DNA of 64,000 nt from assembly GCA_030619765.1 (NCBI GenBank), contig JAUXAU010000007.1:465-64464 (forward strand), given 5' to 3'. Position numbers and translations under genes: made by a program. The stretch's first letter is position 1. Each line of letters starts with the position of its first letter. The notes below the pieces were generated by a model that ran no database searches, was not told the DNA's origin, and saw only the letters and a program-made list of their open reading frames with translations. Positions 38,009 through 47,887 of the stretch are shown one piece after another. The stretch comes from Thermoplasmatota archaeon (GTDB lineage Archaea; Thermoplasmatota; E2; DHVEG-1).

Positions 38009-39022
38009 ATGCAATTCATCCCACAACTTAAAGGTTGGGGATTTCTTGCTTGGATAATGTTTACAAAGTTCTTTTGGCCAATCTTAATTTATATATACCT
38101 AAAAGAGTATTTGACAAAATGGGGTAGTATAATAAGTTCTAAAAAACCATCCTTAAAAACCATTGCAAGAAAAAAATTTGATGAGATTGAAAAATATGCA
38201 ATTAAAAGCAATGCAGGACAAAAAATATTAACGGCGATATACCAATCTAACATTTACAAATATTTTACAAAAAAGATTAGCGAGTTTAGAGATTACAAAC
38301 TTATCGAAGAGATAAAACAGTTCCCTGTTCCAGAACATGTTGCTGTGATAATGGATGGAAATCGCCGGTTCGCAGAAAGTTTTGGCCTATCTCCAAAGGC
38401 GGGTCATCTTTTTGGAAGAGATAAAATAGAAGATATTTTAGATTGGTGCTTTGAATTAAAAATCAACATACTTACAGTCTATGCATTTTCTACAGAAAAT
38501 TTTAATAGGAGCACTGATGAAGTCACAATTTTGATGGATCTATGTAAAAAAGAATTAGATAGGGCTGCAAAAGATTCGCGAATTCATAAAAACAAGGTGA
38601 GAGTACGAATATTAGGTGATCTTGAATCTCTGCCAGAAGACATTAGGCAATCTGCAAATGAAATCGTTGACTCGACAAAAGAATATGACAACTATTTTTT
38701 CAACATCGCACTGGCATATGGCGGAAGGGAAGAAATTGTTGAGGCAATACAACAAATTGCTGATGATGTTAAAAAAGGCACACTAGAGTTAAAGGATATC
38801 TCTCAATCAACAGTGTCATCATACCTTTACACAGATGGCATACCAGATCCTGATCTCATACTGAGAACTTCTGGAGAAGAACGGATATCTAACTTTCTCC
38901 TCTGGCAACTTGCATACTCAGAACTCTATTTCTCGGATGTTTATTGGCCAGCATTTCAAAAAAGAGATTTTCTCAAGGCAATACGAACTTATCAGAATAG
39001 GAAAAGAAGATTTGGAAAATAA
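38009..39022 (+). CDS. uppS: cis-prenyltransferase (undecaprenyl/dolichyl-type diphosphate synthase UppS) with an N-terminal hydrophobic extension
   Basis: HVAVIMDGNRRFA, LTVYAFSTENFNRS, RTSGEERISNFLLWQLAYSELYF. About 100 residues precede the catalytic core, including a hydrophobic helix. The start is uncertain. Confidence 0.9.
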   Translation: MQFIPQLKGWGFLAWIMFTKFFWPILIYIYLKEYLTKWGSIISSKKPSLKTIARKKFDEIEKYAIKSNAGQKILTAIYQSNIYKYFTKKISEFRDYKLIEEIKQFPVPEHVAVIMDGNRRFAESFGLSPKAGHLFGRDKIEDILDWCFELKINILTVYAFSTENFNRSTDEVTILMDLCKKELDRAAKDSRIHKNKVRVRILGDLESLPEDIRQSANEIVDSTKEYDNYFFNIALAYGGREEIVEAIQQIADDVKKGTLELKDISQSTVSSYLYTDGIPDPDLILRTSGEERISNFLLWQLAYSELYFSDVYWPAFQKRDFLKAIRTYQNRKRRFGK

Positions 39023-39036
39023 ATTATCTTTTTTCT

Positions 39037-39333
39037 TTACTTATCACTTTTTTTAGGGTGTTCTGATTCATCTCCGTGTTCAATTTCATCTGCAATTTCT
39101 GCTAACTTTGCAAGTTGGCGATTGAAAAAAAATGCGATAATTCCTATCCCTAAAAGTAATATCGAGAAAGCAAGAATAATTCCCGATACATTTTCGTTAA
39201 TGGTAATCAAAGGAACTGTCCATTGAATAACATAAAAGATTAGAAGGATCAATCCTAAAAATAAAAAGAATTTACAAAAAAAACCTGTTTTGAAATCAGA
39301 GTATACAGATATGTTCCTCTTTTTTAACATCAA
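39037..39333 (-). CDS. Small two-TM membrane protein
   Basis: Two hydrophobic helices and an acidic tail. ATGA-coupled downstream of the prefoldin gene. Confidence 0.5.
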   Translation of the reverse strand: MMLKKRNISVYSDFKTGFFCKFFLFLGLILLIFYVIQWTVPLITINENVSGIILAFSILLLGIGIIAFFFNRQLAKLAEIADEIEHGDESEHPKKSDK

Positions 39334-39695
39334 GCTTCCTTGCCTGCAAGATTGAGAGCATTTTGAATCTTACTTTGTAATTCGTTTAATTTTTCCTGGC
39401 TTCTACCTTCCTGCTTTTCCAATGTAGTTTTTCTCAATTCTAGAGATTCTTTGTTTGACATCAACTCTTTTTTAATATCGCTTTTTGCTTTTGTTTTTAT
39501 AAGTATCGCACCTACGCTTTTATAGATAGGTGTTCCGGCAGCAGTTTTTTCCAATTCTTTCAATGCTTCTTCAGTTTCTCTTAACTGCAATTCAATTTGT
39601 TGACGTTGTTGTGCAATCATTTGGACTTGTGCTTTTAACTGTTGGAATCTGTTTATTTGATCCTGAAGTTGTGGGGACATTTCTTCTCCAACCAT
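39330..39695 (-). CDS. pfdB: Prefoldin beta subunit
   Basis: QLQDQINRFQQLKAQVQMIAQQRQQIELQLRETEEALKELEK...PIYKSVGAILIKT...: coiled coil, beta hairpin, coiled coil. Confidence 0.85.
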   Translation of the reverse strand: MVGEEMSPQLQDQINRFQQLKAQVQMIAQQRQQIELQLRETEEALKELEKTAAGTPIYKSVGAILIKTKAKSDIKKELMSNKESLELRKTTLEKQEGRSQEKLNELQSKIQNALNLAGKEA

Positions 39696-39929
39696 ATTTG
39701 TTTTCTCCTTTTTTTGTTGTAATGCAAGGTTTACTTTTTAAAAGTATTCCTAGTCTTTTTTTAAATTTTTGTGGAAATTTTCATTGATATGATAATATTT
39801 GTTTTTTAGTTTATATAGGAGAGAAAAAGCAATAGAACATTGCACTAGAAATTATATAATAGAAAATATTATATAGAAAGATACAAATATACTAGAATAG
39901 AAGCAACTACATTTATCTGGGGACAAATT

Positions 39930-42833
39930 ATGAATAAAAATGACAAATTAATAGTAGTAATTGGAGTTTTGGTATTTGTTATTGCATCGATTGGAATATA
40001 TACGTGGAAACCTATGGAAACAACGGTAAGTGCCTTGTCCACTGATGAATTTTTTAGTATTTCTGGTAGTCTTTCGTATGTACCTGATGCAATAGCTGTT
40101 TCAGATTCAGACCCGTTTTATGCATTGATAGCAACTCCACTAGCAGTTCATTATGACCAGGAGGGGAACCAAAAAATTATTCCACTTTATATTCAAAATT
40201 TTAGTACCCCTTCCCAAGCTGTTGAGAAGGCAATACATCAAATTGGAAGCGTTAATGAATTTATTGATACTTCTAAATCTGCAGAAGAATGGTCCTTAGA
40301 AATTGCAAAAAAGTACTGGGAGAGTAGTGATGCGGTTCTTCTAATAGAAGACAATGAATCTGGATATAACCTTGGAGTTGCAGCTAGTCCCATTGCCTCA
40401 TACTTAGGCATACCTATTATTGTTGTTGATGAACTTGACCTTGATGTAAAAGAAGTTCTTGAAGATCTTGGTGTTAAATATTCGCTTGTTTGTGGAGACA
40501 TAGAGGGGCATAGAAAAACTTTGAAATTTGATGATTTTGATGAAATCCTTAACGCTTCCATTGAGTTAGTTATGCAAAAATTTGGTGATGTTGAATATAT
40601 AACTCTCACAAACCCAAGGGATGCTTGGCCGCCAGAGGTTCTTGATGAAGAAATTGTCCTTTCTGAAAACGGAGAACTAACATCAACTGCTCTTTTTCCA
40701 TCAAATCTTCTTAACGCAATGAAAGGAATGTTGAAGCCAACAAGTTTTTCTGTTAAAATCCCTGAGGATTACAAATATGCCTTAGTCAAAATGGATTTCA
40801 GAAACCTTGAGAATCCTGAACACATTGAAAAATTTGGTGACAGTGTCATGTTTAGTGGTAGCTTAACAGGTTATCTGCGTACAACAGCTTATCCTGCAAA
40901 AAGAGATGCAAATGGAAACGTAGAAGAGGATAGATTATACTTTGAAACAGTAATCTATGATATGGGAGGAGAGGAATACGAAATAAGCCTTACAGGTATT
41001 TATAATGTTCTTGATTCTGCGGAATTTGAACTAACTATCACTGTTGAAGAACTTAGCAATCCATATTATCCGATGATGAAGCAATTCTCCTCAATTGCAC
41101 CTTATCTTACTGCTTATCACAAAGGCATTGTTTTTGCTAATCCAGAGTTTGCTTTTGCACCAACAGACGATGTGAAACTCAATGGTAAAACATTACCGGG
41201 TAATACACAGGTATTCTATAACCCAATGTTAATACCTGTTATAAATCAGCATGTTTATGAAAACATACATGTACCACTTAACAAACTTCTGGCAAAAATC
41301 ACAGATATCGATACCACTGAATCTGTTGAATATCTGAAAAAAGACTGCTATCAGGACCCGTTCTATATTGCACTTGCCGGCGATACAATTATGCTACCGC
41401 AGTATTATTATCGTAGCCCACATAATGATCCATTTGAACATCCTTCAAGAGGAGCATATGGTACTAATTGCCCAAGTGATTTTATTTATGGAAACATAGA
41501 TCCTGAAATATATTCTATTTTACCTTACGATTCAGATCATTTAGAAAATGATCTTTATTCAGAGTTCCCCGAGGTGGAAAACATAGTCGGACGAATAACT
41601 GGTTGGGATGTACAAGATGCCAGTGCTCTGATAGCGAGAACGATCTTTTACGATAAAGTAATCGATGAGTTAGATTCTTGGAAGGATAATGCAGCGGTTC
41701 TGGTTGGTGCTGGTACTGAGGTGCAGAGATTACCTGTTTTTAACACTATTCAAAAAATCCTGGGTCGGACTGATCCAATGAAGTTTCCAACTGGAGAAAA
41801 ACGTTTCCTTGTAAAACGAATAAAAAATAATTTTGAACAAGGTGGTTTTAATGCACAAAGTGCTGAGCGTGGGGCAGCACAGAGAGTAGGCCTTAGCGTT
41901 GAAGCACTCAGAGAACTTAATAAAGATGGGATTCTAAATCGTCTTTTCTTCCCATGGATGCGTGTAAAATTCCGACAAGGTATAGAAAACATAGAATCAT
42001 TCAAAGATCCTGAATGGTGGATAAAAACAATATTTGGTGATAGTTCAGAACTAGTAATAGGCGGAGAACTAGAACAGAACAGTAATTTAATCATTTCTGA
42101 TTCTCATGCCATATGGTTTGAAAAAGAATCCGGTGATATTTTGATGCATAGTCTTGGAGGACCATTTTATGAAATTTTCGCTCGTTACATTCCACTAATA
42201 CCAGGGTTTAGATCACCCCTTGATGGTCTTGGGGCATATACCGTAAGAGATGTACCTAATATGGATATGGGACCATCGGTTATGCTTATTGAAGGATGTG
42301 GATCTGGAAAAATTGACGGATTCCTGCCAATTAACTCTCTTGCTAATGCATATCTTCATGCTGGTGTAAATGCTTATATCTCTCCAACAACATTTTCAGC
42401 GTTTTATGGAGCTCTAGAACCACGTCCAAACTTCAATGGTGGAGTAGGATTTGGAATAGTTGGTTATCTCAAAGCCTGGTATGAATGGAAATTTAAAGGA
42501 GAATATCCACCAGTATGTTTTAACCAGGTCATCTTTGAACATACCATATTAGAAATGGCCAAGGACAATGTAAGCATTGGGACAGCCCTACGAGATGCAA
42601 AAAATATTTTTCTACCAGAAACGTTTTATGATGAATTCAGATGGAAACCCGTTCTATCAATTCCTTCCAATTTACCAGATTATTTAAGAGAAGATATACA
42701 AAATAGAATGAAAACAACAGCAAGCGGAGGATTGGATCATCATCCTGTGGAAAAATATTGCACTGTTTATCAGATAAATCTCCTAGGAGACCCAGCCTTC
42801 AACCCATATGAACCTATCAACGAAGGTAGGTAA
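39930..42833 (+). CDS. Membrane-anchored large protein with a C-terminal caspase-fold cysteine peptidase-like region (C25/gingipain-like)
   Basis: N-terminal TM anchor. Candidate catalytic dyad in beta-strand contexts: NLIISDSHAIW and SVMLIEGCGSGK. The assignment rests on pattern only. Confidence 0.4.
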   Translation: MNKNDKLIVVIGVLVFVIASIGIYTWKPMETTVSALSTDEFFSISGSLSYVPDAIAVSDSDPFYALIATPLAVHYDQEGNQKIIPLYIQNFSTPSQAVEKAIHQIGSVNEFIDTSKSAEEWSLEIAKKYWESSDAVLLIEDNESGYNLGVAASPIASYLGIPIIVVDELDLDVKEVLEDLGVKYSLVCGDIEGHRKTLKFDDFDEILNASIELVMQKFGDVEYITLTNPRDAWPPEVLDEEIVLSENGELTSTALFPSNLLNAMKGMLKPTSFSVKIPEDYKYALVKMDFRNLENPEHIEKFGDSVMFSGSLTGYLRTTAYPAKRDANGNVEEDRLYFETVIYDMGGEEYEISLTGIYNVLDSAEFELTITVEELSNPYYPMMKQFSSIAPYLTAYHKGIVFANPEFAFAPTDDVKLNGKTLPGNTQVFYNPMLIPVINQHVYENIHVPLNKLLAKITDIDTTESVEYLKKDCYQDPFYIALAGDTIMLPQYYYRSPHNDPFEHPSRGAYGTNCPSDFIYGNIDPEIYSILPYDSDHLENDLYSEFPEVENIVGRITGWDVQDASALIARTIFYDKVIDELDSWKDNAAVLVGAGTEVQRLPVFNTIQKILGRTDPMKFPTGEKRFLVKRIKNNFEQGGFNAQSAERGAAQRVGLSVEALRELNKDGILNRLFFPWMRVKFRQGIENIESFKDPEWWIKTIFGDSSELVIGGELEQNSNLIISDSHAIWFEKESGDILMHSLGGPFYEIFARYIPLIPGFRSPLDGLGAYTVRDVPNMDMGPSVMLIEGCGSGKIDGFLPINSLANAYLHAGVNAYISPTTFSAFYGALEPRPNFNGGVGFGIVGYLKAWYEWKFKGEYPPVCFNQVIFEHTILEMAKDNVSIGTALRDAKNIFLPETFYDEFRWKPVLSIPSNLPDYLREDIQNRMKTTASGGLDHHPVEKYCTVYQINLLGDPAFNPYEPINEGR

Positions 42834-42880
42834 CAACTTCTATAGGGACAAACCTTTAACTAGTCACCTACAAAATTACA

Positions 42881-43495
42881 TCATTTTTTATTCACTTTCT
42901 TCTTATAAAATAGAGCTCCAAGAATTAACAGAGTTATTACCGTAGCTGCTATAAAAATGTAATATATGTTATAATAATTTGAGTTGGGATTAGTATTAGG
43001 AAGGTTATTAATTGCCGTTTTATAGGGAGTATCTATATACACTCGAATTGCATATTCGTATTCAAAGACGCCTCCGTCAGTTTTATGTTCATCTAGTTGA
43101 AAGGTAACCCATGTTTCCCAATGTTGATCCAGTAGTTCTTCTTTTTTTGGGATACCCAGGTAGATATAAAACATTCCAGCACTTGCTGGTGGAATTACTA
43201 GCCATTTTGGTTCTAAATCAACCCAGGATAGATCAGGTATAAATGTTCTATGGGGTCTCAGATAGGAGTTAGGATTTGGATGTTCGAGATACCATGTTAC
43301 GTTAATACTGTAATCGTTGTTGTTTGTTATTGTTATCTTTTTTGAAGTGTTATCGAGTATGAACTCCTTATCCATCGTTATCGTTAGTTCTAGCGGATCA
43401 ACAGCTATAGTTGCATTGCCAAGCGTAGAAAAAAATAAGGACGTTAATAATAGTATGGGCAAAACAGATGTTTTTTTCATATAACATGTCTCCAT
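42881..43495 (-). CDS. Ig-like (PapD/DUF916-reminiscent) secreted protein with C-terminal TM anchor, paralog of 46132-46845
   Basis: Signal peptide. VDPLELTITMD...ITITNNNDYSINVTW...IPDLSWVDLEPKWLVIPPASAGMFYIYLGIPKKEELLDQHWETWVTFQ. C-terminal helix IFIAATVITLLILGALFYKKK. Confidence 0.6.
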   Translation of the reverse strand: METCYMKKTSVLPILLLTSLFFSTLGNATIAVDPLELTITMDKEFILDNTSKKITITNNNDYSINVTWYLEHPNPNSYLRPHRTFIPDLSWVDLEPKWLVIPPASAGMFYIYLGIPKKEELLDQHWETWVTFQLDEHKTDGGVFEYEYAIRVYIDTPYKTAINNLPNTNPNSNYYNIYYIFIAATVITLLILGALFYKKKVNKK

Positions 43496-43505
43496 GTTTC
43501 AGTTT

Positions 43506-45677
43506 TTATCCTTGTCTAGAGAGGAGTTCGTCTACCTGTTCTTCTATGTCGCCTATGTTTTTTAATTTACTCGTTTTTTCCCCGGGTGTTGTTGTTTCCT
43601 TCTCTCCTTCAATTACGGTGTATTCGATTTTATCTTCTATTTGACGGAGTTGTTCCATGTAAACTTCTACATCTTGTTGTATATTTTGTAGTAGGTTCTT
43701 CGTTTGACTGATCATTTCTACTGTATCTTTATCACTGACACGTGTTCTTAAGGATTCCCTAATCGATGGAGGTTTAATAATCTCTTCACGTTTTTTAAAT
43801 ATCTTATATTTCAAATAGTTATATCTTTTAAAGTATATGGAAATAATTAATATGATGAACAGTATCACTATGGTTATAGGTATCCAGATAATAAGTGGTA
43901 ATATTTCTTCTTCGTAAGGGGACATAGATCCATCTACTGTGTTGTAGATGTAATCCCATGTGCCATCTCCGTTTTTATCGATGAGATAGTGTTCATTGTG
44001 TTTTTCTACTGCTGTTGTGGTATCGCTTATGGGTTCGTAGAGGATGTCGTAGACGCCATCTTGGGTTACATCTACGAGATAGTATGTTTTTCCAGTGATG
44101 TAAACTTTTTTTGCATCCGATCCATTCTTTGGATTTGATCCAAGACGTGTTTCGTTTACATCTCTGAGGTTGTCATCATCGTCGTCTACATCTCCTGTGT
44201 ATTTTCCGGATGGTGCATCCTCATCTGGTATGTTATCGCCATCTGTATCAGTTGGGTAACTGTTCGGGTCCTTTGTATCTGTTTCATAGGATATTTCCAT
44301 GTCGTCGTTATAGCCGTCATTGTCATCATCGGTATCCGAAGAATCAGGTATGCGATCGTTATCTATGTCTAATGGATAGTTATCTAGGTCATTTGGATCG
44401 GTACCATATTGTTGTTCCTCTTCATCTGACCATCCATCTCCATCTGTGTCTATGAACATGGTGTCAATTGAGAATGTAACAGTGGCGTATCTGTTCGTTG
44501 TGTTGTCAGTGCCTAATGCTCTTACATAGAATGTGTGAACGCCATCTGAAATATTATTTGGTGATGTCCAGCTTGTTGTTTCGCCGACATATGTTTCTGA
44601 ACTATTGTCTATTTTGACATAGTATCCTTTCACGCCTTTGCTATATACTGAGGGACTCCAGGCAAATGAAGGCGTATCATCCCACATTGTGGTAACATGT
44701 CTTACATCGGCAGGTAATGTTATTTCATCTGGGAGTATCATAGAGGTTAGCGGATATCTATCAGTATTTTCCTCAGATATTGTATACGGTGTGTCCCCAA
44801 GTCCATCTCCATCTATATCTATACCTGAGTATTTGTCCCAATAGTTTCCTTTGAAGCCGTTATCCCATGTGTTGTTGCCTTGAGCGTTTGCGTCTACATC
44901 GTTTTTCCAGAAGTTGTTAAGATAGGCAAGATTATTATTTGAGTTTTGCCAGATATAGATACCTAAGTCATTAACATAAATATTACAATTAGATACTAGA
45001 TTGTCATATGATTCAATGCGAATGTCAACAGCAATTTCGTTGTTAAATATGTTACAGTTTATTATCTCATGGTCATGAGATCCTATTAGAACTAAAACAC
45101 CAACAGTGAATCCATATATGTTACAATCCTTAATTATATTGTTTTGTTCTTGCAACTCGATGCCAGTACCGGTTGAACCAATTCCGACAATGTCACAATT
45201 GGAAACAACGACAGAGGAAGCTCTTATGCGAATGCCAATATTTTTCTGGGCGGCTTCTATAATTACCTGAGAGATATTACACCAATCACTATCCGGTTTA
45301 ACATATATCGCATATTCCCCTGGATTGGTCAATTTAAGATTACGGATATCCACATTTGAACTATCTAAGATGAAGCCGTTATTGCCTCCGCAGTCGATTA
45401 TGGTACTGGCTTGGTTATCTCCGACTATAGTTAATTTTTTATGTATCTCTATGTTGTTTTCTCTATAGACGCCTTCTTTTATTCCAATAATGTCATTTGG
45501 GTTGGCGTTGTCGATAGCATCCTGAATGCTGGTGTAATCTCCATTTCCATTGATATCAACTATTAAAGTTGCTTGAGGTATAGGAGGAACGGATTGTACT
45601 GTGGATGAAAGAGTTGTGAATATGAATAAGAACGTTGCTAAGAGAGTAATTACTTGGACTCCTAGTTTCCTGTTCAT
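43506..45677 (-). CDS. Beta-helix adhesin-like protein with TSP3-like Ca-binding Asp repeats, TM helix and a cytoplasmic coiled-coil tail
   Basis: Signal peptide. GDYTSIQDAIDNANPNDIIGIKEGVY plus PbH1-like turns. DTDGDGWSDEEE / DIDNDRIPDSSDTDDDNDGYNDD / DTDGDNIPDED. TM LPLIIWIPITIVILFIILIISIYF, then about 100 charged residues. Confidence 0.8.
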   Translation of the reverse strand: MNRKLGVQVITLLATFLFIFTTLSSTVQSVPPIPQATLIVDINGNGDYTSIQDAIDNANPNDIIGIKEGVYRENNIEIHKKLTIVGDNQASTIIDCGGNNGFILDSSNVDIRNLKLTNPGEYAIYVKPDSDWCNISQVIIEAAQKNIGIRIRASSVVVSNCDIVGIGSTGTGIELQEQNNIIKDCNIYGFTVGVLVLIGSHDHEIINCNIFNNEIAVDIRIESYDNLVSNCNIYVNDLGIYIWQNSNNNLAYLNNFWKNDVDANAQGNNTWDNGFKGNYWDKYSGIDIDGDGLGDTPYTISEENTDRYPLTSMILPDEITLPADVRHVTTMWDDTPSFAWSPSVYSKGVKGYYVKIDNSSETYVGETTSWTSPNNISDGVHTFYVRALGTDNTTNRYATVTFSIDTMFIDTDGDGWSDEEEQQYGTDPNDLDNYPLDIDNDRIPDSSDTDDDNDGYNDDMEISYETDTKDPNSYPTDTDGDNIPDEDAPSGKYTGDVDDDDDNLRDVNETRLGSNPKNGSDAKKVYITGKTYYLVDVTQDGVYDILYEPISDTTTAVEKHNEHYLIDKNGDGTWDYIYNTVDGSMSPYEEEILPLIIWIPITIVILFIILIISIYFKRYNYLKYKIFKKREEIIKPPSIRESLRTRVSDKDTVEMISQTKNLLQNIQQDVEVYMEQLRQIEDKIEYTVIEGEKETTTPGEKTSKLKNIGDIEEQVDELLSRQG

Positions 45678-45862
45678 TTCTTCTCCCCCTCTTTTTTCTT
45701 TTTTGTTCCCATGGTCCTTAGGAGTCCTTTTTCAGTTAGGTAGATTAGGACCATGTTTTTGACTACTTCAGCCTCAGAGTTTCCTAGTACACCTACTTGT
45801 TGTTTTATTATATCCCGGATAATTGGGGGGAAACCGACAGGAAATCTCTGAATCTTGCCCAT
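45674..45862 (-). CDS. Ribbon-helix-helix (CopG/Arc-like) transcriptional regulator
   Basis: 62 aa. It has a beta-strand (RFPVGFP), helix 1 (PIIRDIIKQQVGVLG), helix 2 (SEAEVVKNMVLIYLTEKG) and a basic tail. It is ATGA-coupled to the adhesin gene, with a repeat array directly upstream. Confidence 0.6.
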   Translation of the reverse strand: MGKIQRFPVGFPPIIRDIIKQQVGVLGNSEAEVVKNMVLIYLTEKGLLRTMGTKKKKEGEKK

Positions 45863-45865
45863 GTG

Positions 45866-45943
45866 TGAATCACATATGAATCACTTATTTAAATATTTTT
45901 TTATCATATCTGAATCATATATGATTCATATATGATTCATATA
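45866..45943. promoter_or_regulatory. Operator-like array: five TGA[AT]TCA[CT] octamers at 11-bp phasing flanking an A/T-rich TATA-like segment
   Basis: TGAATCAC-ATA-TGAATCAC (45866-45884). TGAATCAT-ATA-TGATTCAT-ATA-TGATTCAT-ATA (45911-45943), including the perfect 18-bp palindrome TGAATCATATATGATTCA (45911-45928). Confidence 0.7.
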
Positions 45944-46131
45944 AGGAGAAAAATTTAAAATATAGAATCAAATAACATTATTGGGCAAAATTAAATCAAA
46001 ATCACAATAATCTTCTGCATTATAGTGTATGAAAAGATATGATTTGATAAAGTATTACATAATTTTAAAAAAAGACATATATTATGACGAATAATATATT
46101 TTATTACATGGAACATCTAAACCTGTTTTGT

Positions 46132-46845
46132 TCACAATTTATAGTGAGGCGGAAAAGGATTGTTTTTTTGAGATTCAAGTTTTTCTTTCTCAACGTTACT
46201 CTCTTTTTTCTTTTTAACATAAAAAATAGCTGATTTATCAGCCTTAATATTTCTTTTCTTTTTAACATACAAAAAAGCCGCAGATAATACCATCAAGCAT
46301 GTGATAATACCTAATATTGGGTACAGGATATGTGGTGCGGGTAGTGTCCACGATATCATTGTGCCCGTTGGAGTATGAATAAGGAGTCTTACAGCAAGCT
46401 GCAATTGAATTAATGTCCCTCCTCCAGAGAAATAAGAGAGTCTAGGTGTTACGATGACCCATACCTCCCAGCTTTCGTTATAATGCAACATTTTTTTATT
46501 TTCAGGTATATTTATAAACACTTCAAATTCTTTATAAGAGTTGGCAGGGATATCTAAAGTATCAGGCAATATTTCAATCCATGATAAATCTGGTATCATC
46601 GTATAATTCTCTTTCATATCATATGGGTGTATTACTTTTGAATATGCTGTGATATCCCAAGCAAAAGGATTAGTAACCTTGATTTTATACTGAATTTCTT
46701 TTTCAGGGTAATCCTCAATGGTAATAATTAATTCTGCTGGAGATACCTTTACTCCACTTTTTACACATGGAGAAATCAATAGAATAATGTTTCCAACTAA
46801 AAACAGAAAAAGTAGAAAAATCAGTGTTTGCTTTTTCACATCCAT
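46132..46845 (-). CDS. Ig-like secreted protein with C-terminal TM anchor and Lys-rich tail, paralog of 42881-43495
   Basis: VSPAELIITIEDYP...IKVTNPFAWDITAY...IPDLSWIEILPDTLDIPANSYKEFEVFINIPENKKMLHYNESWEVWVIVT aligns by eye with the 204-aa protein. Confidence 0.6.
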   Translation of the reverse strand: MDVKKQTLIFLLFLFLVGNIILLISPCVKSGVKVSPAELIITIEDYPEKEIQYKIKVTNPFAWDITAYSKVIHPYDMKENYTMIPDLSWIEILPDTLDIPANSYKEFEVFINIPENKKMLHYNESWEVWVIVTPRLSYFSGGGTLIQLQLAVRLLIHTPTGTMISWTLPAPHILYPILGIITCLMVLSAAFLYVKKKRNIKADKSAIFYVKKKKESNVEKEKLESQKNNPFPPHYKL

Positions 46846-47214
46846 CCTCCTTTACAAAGAACCAATTATCTAAAAAGAAGAAGGATTATTTGTTTTTAAA
46901 ATTTTCTAAAGTATGCATTCTCATAGGATTCTCTCATACTGTGAATGTACAGATCGTATGTGATATAGGGATTAATTGGAAAAATGAAAATCGTATCAAA
47001 TGGGTTCGCTGGAGTTTTTGATTCTCACTTAAGGATTCATTATTATTTTCCACATCAACATCATCAATTGTTACATGAACGTATTCTGGCTTTAAAAAAG
47101 ATATTTAGAATACTGAAAAGGTGTAAACCTTGTTTTTTAAAGTTTGAAAAAAAGAAAAAATATGATTTAAGGATGGAAGCTTCCTTTTTTAAAATCCATC
47201 ACTCATCATATTGC

Positions 47215-47727
47215 TTATGATAGTATTCCTGTTATATTTATTCTGGTTGTCTGCCAACCAAAATCTGAAGATCCGACTCCTAATTCCAAATTAATACCAA
47301 ATGTAAGAGTACCGCCACCGCCGACTAAGTCATTGGTCCAAGAGGTATTAGTGTTGGTGATCTGTTGAGCATTGCTCCCTGTAACATTTAGGCAAAACTG
47401 ATCTAGTCCAGGACTACCTGTATTTTCAAGGGTCAGGTCACCGTTATCTGTAGTAGTGTTACTAAAGATAAATATATCAGCTGTTACAGTGCCATTGTTG
47501 TAAAGCGTATAAGAGGTATCAGTACCTCCCTCGGTAGGCCAATTAGTTGAGGAGCTAAAAACGACCGTGCTAAAATTAGCTGTATCTGGAGTTACATCTA
47601 AGTCTATATCTCCAGAAGGATTAAAAGTTACTGTAATATAATCCTCAGATGCGCCAAGAACGACTGGTGTGATAGCCGTGATCAATATAGCTACAGTTAT
47701 TAAAACATATATTTTCTTAATTTCCAT
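47215..47727 (-). CDS. Small secreted beta-rich protein (170 aa), candidate fibre or matrix subunit
   Basis: Sec-type signal (ITPVVLG/ASEDY). The mature part is Thr/Asn/Gly-rich with alternating beta pattern (ITVTFNPSGDIDLDVTP...TLTFGINLELG...TTRINITGILS). No anchor. Confidence 0.6.
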   Translation of the reverse strand: MEIKKIYVLITVAILITAITPVVLGASEDYITVTFNPSGDIDLDVTPDTANFSTVVFSSSTNWPTEGGTDTSYTLYNNGTVTADIFIFSNTTTDNGDLTLENTGSPGLDQFCLNVTGSNAQQITNTNTSWTNDLVGGGGTLTFGINLELGVGSSDFGWQTTRINITGILS

Positions 47728-47887
47728 GTTTCCATCCCATCCTTTTTTTGCATCCCATACTACCGTTCTCTCCTACGGTTAAATATAAATACATCCTTGA
47801 GTGCAAAGGTAAAATGGAGATAGTAGTTTTTATAACTTTCGCCTTTTTAGTTTTGTTAAAATAAAAGAATGTAAATTATTTAACTAT

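Noticed and set aside
37702-38019. A 105-aa minus-strand ORF overlapping the 3' end of the PGF-pre-PGF gene and the uppS start
   Set aside because: It overlaps two well-supported genes, and I recognise no motifs.
46824-47220. Two plus-strand ORFs (65 and 78 aa) between the Ig-like paralog and the small secreted protein gene
   Set aside because: They have no ribosome-binding site and an odd composition, and they lie in what is more plausibly the promoter and terminator region of the flanking minus-strand genes.
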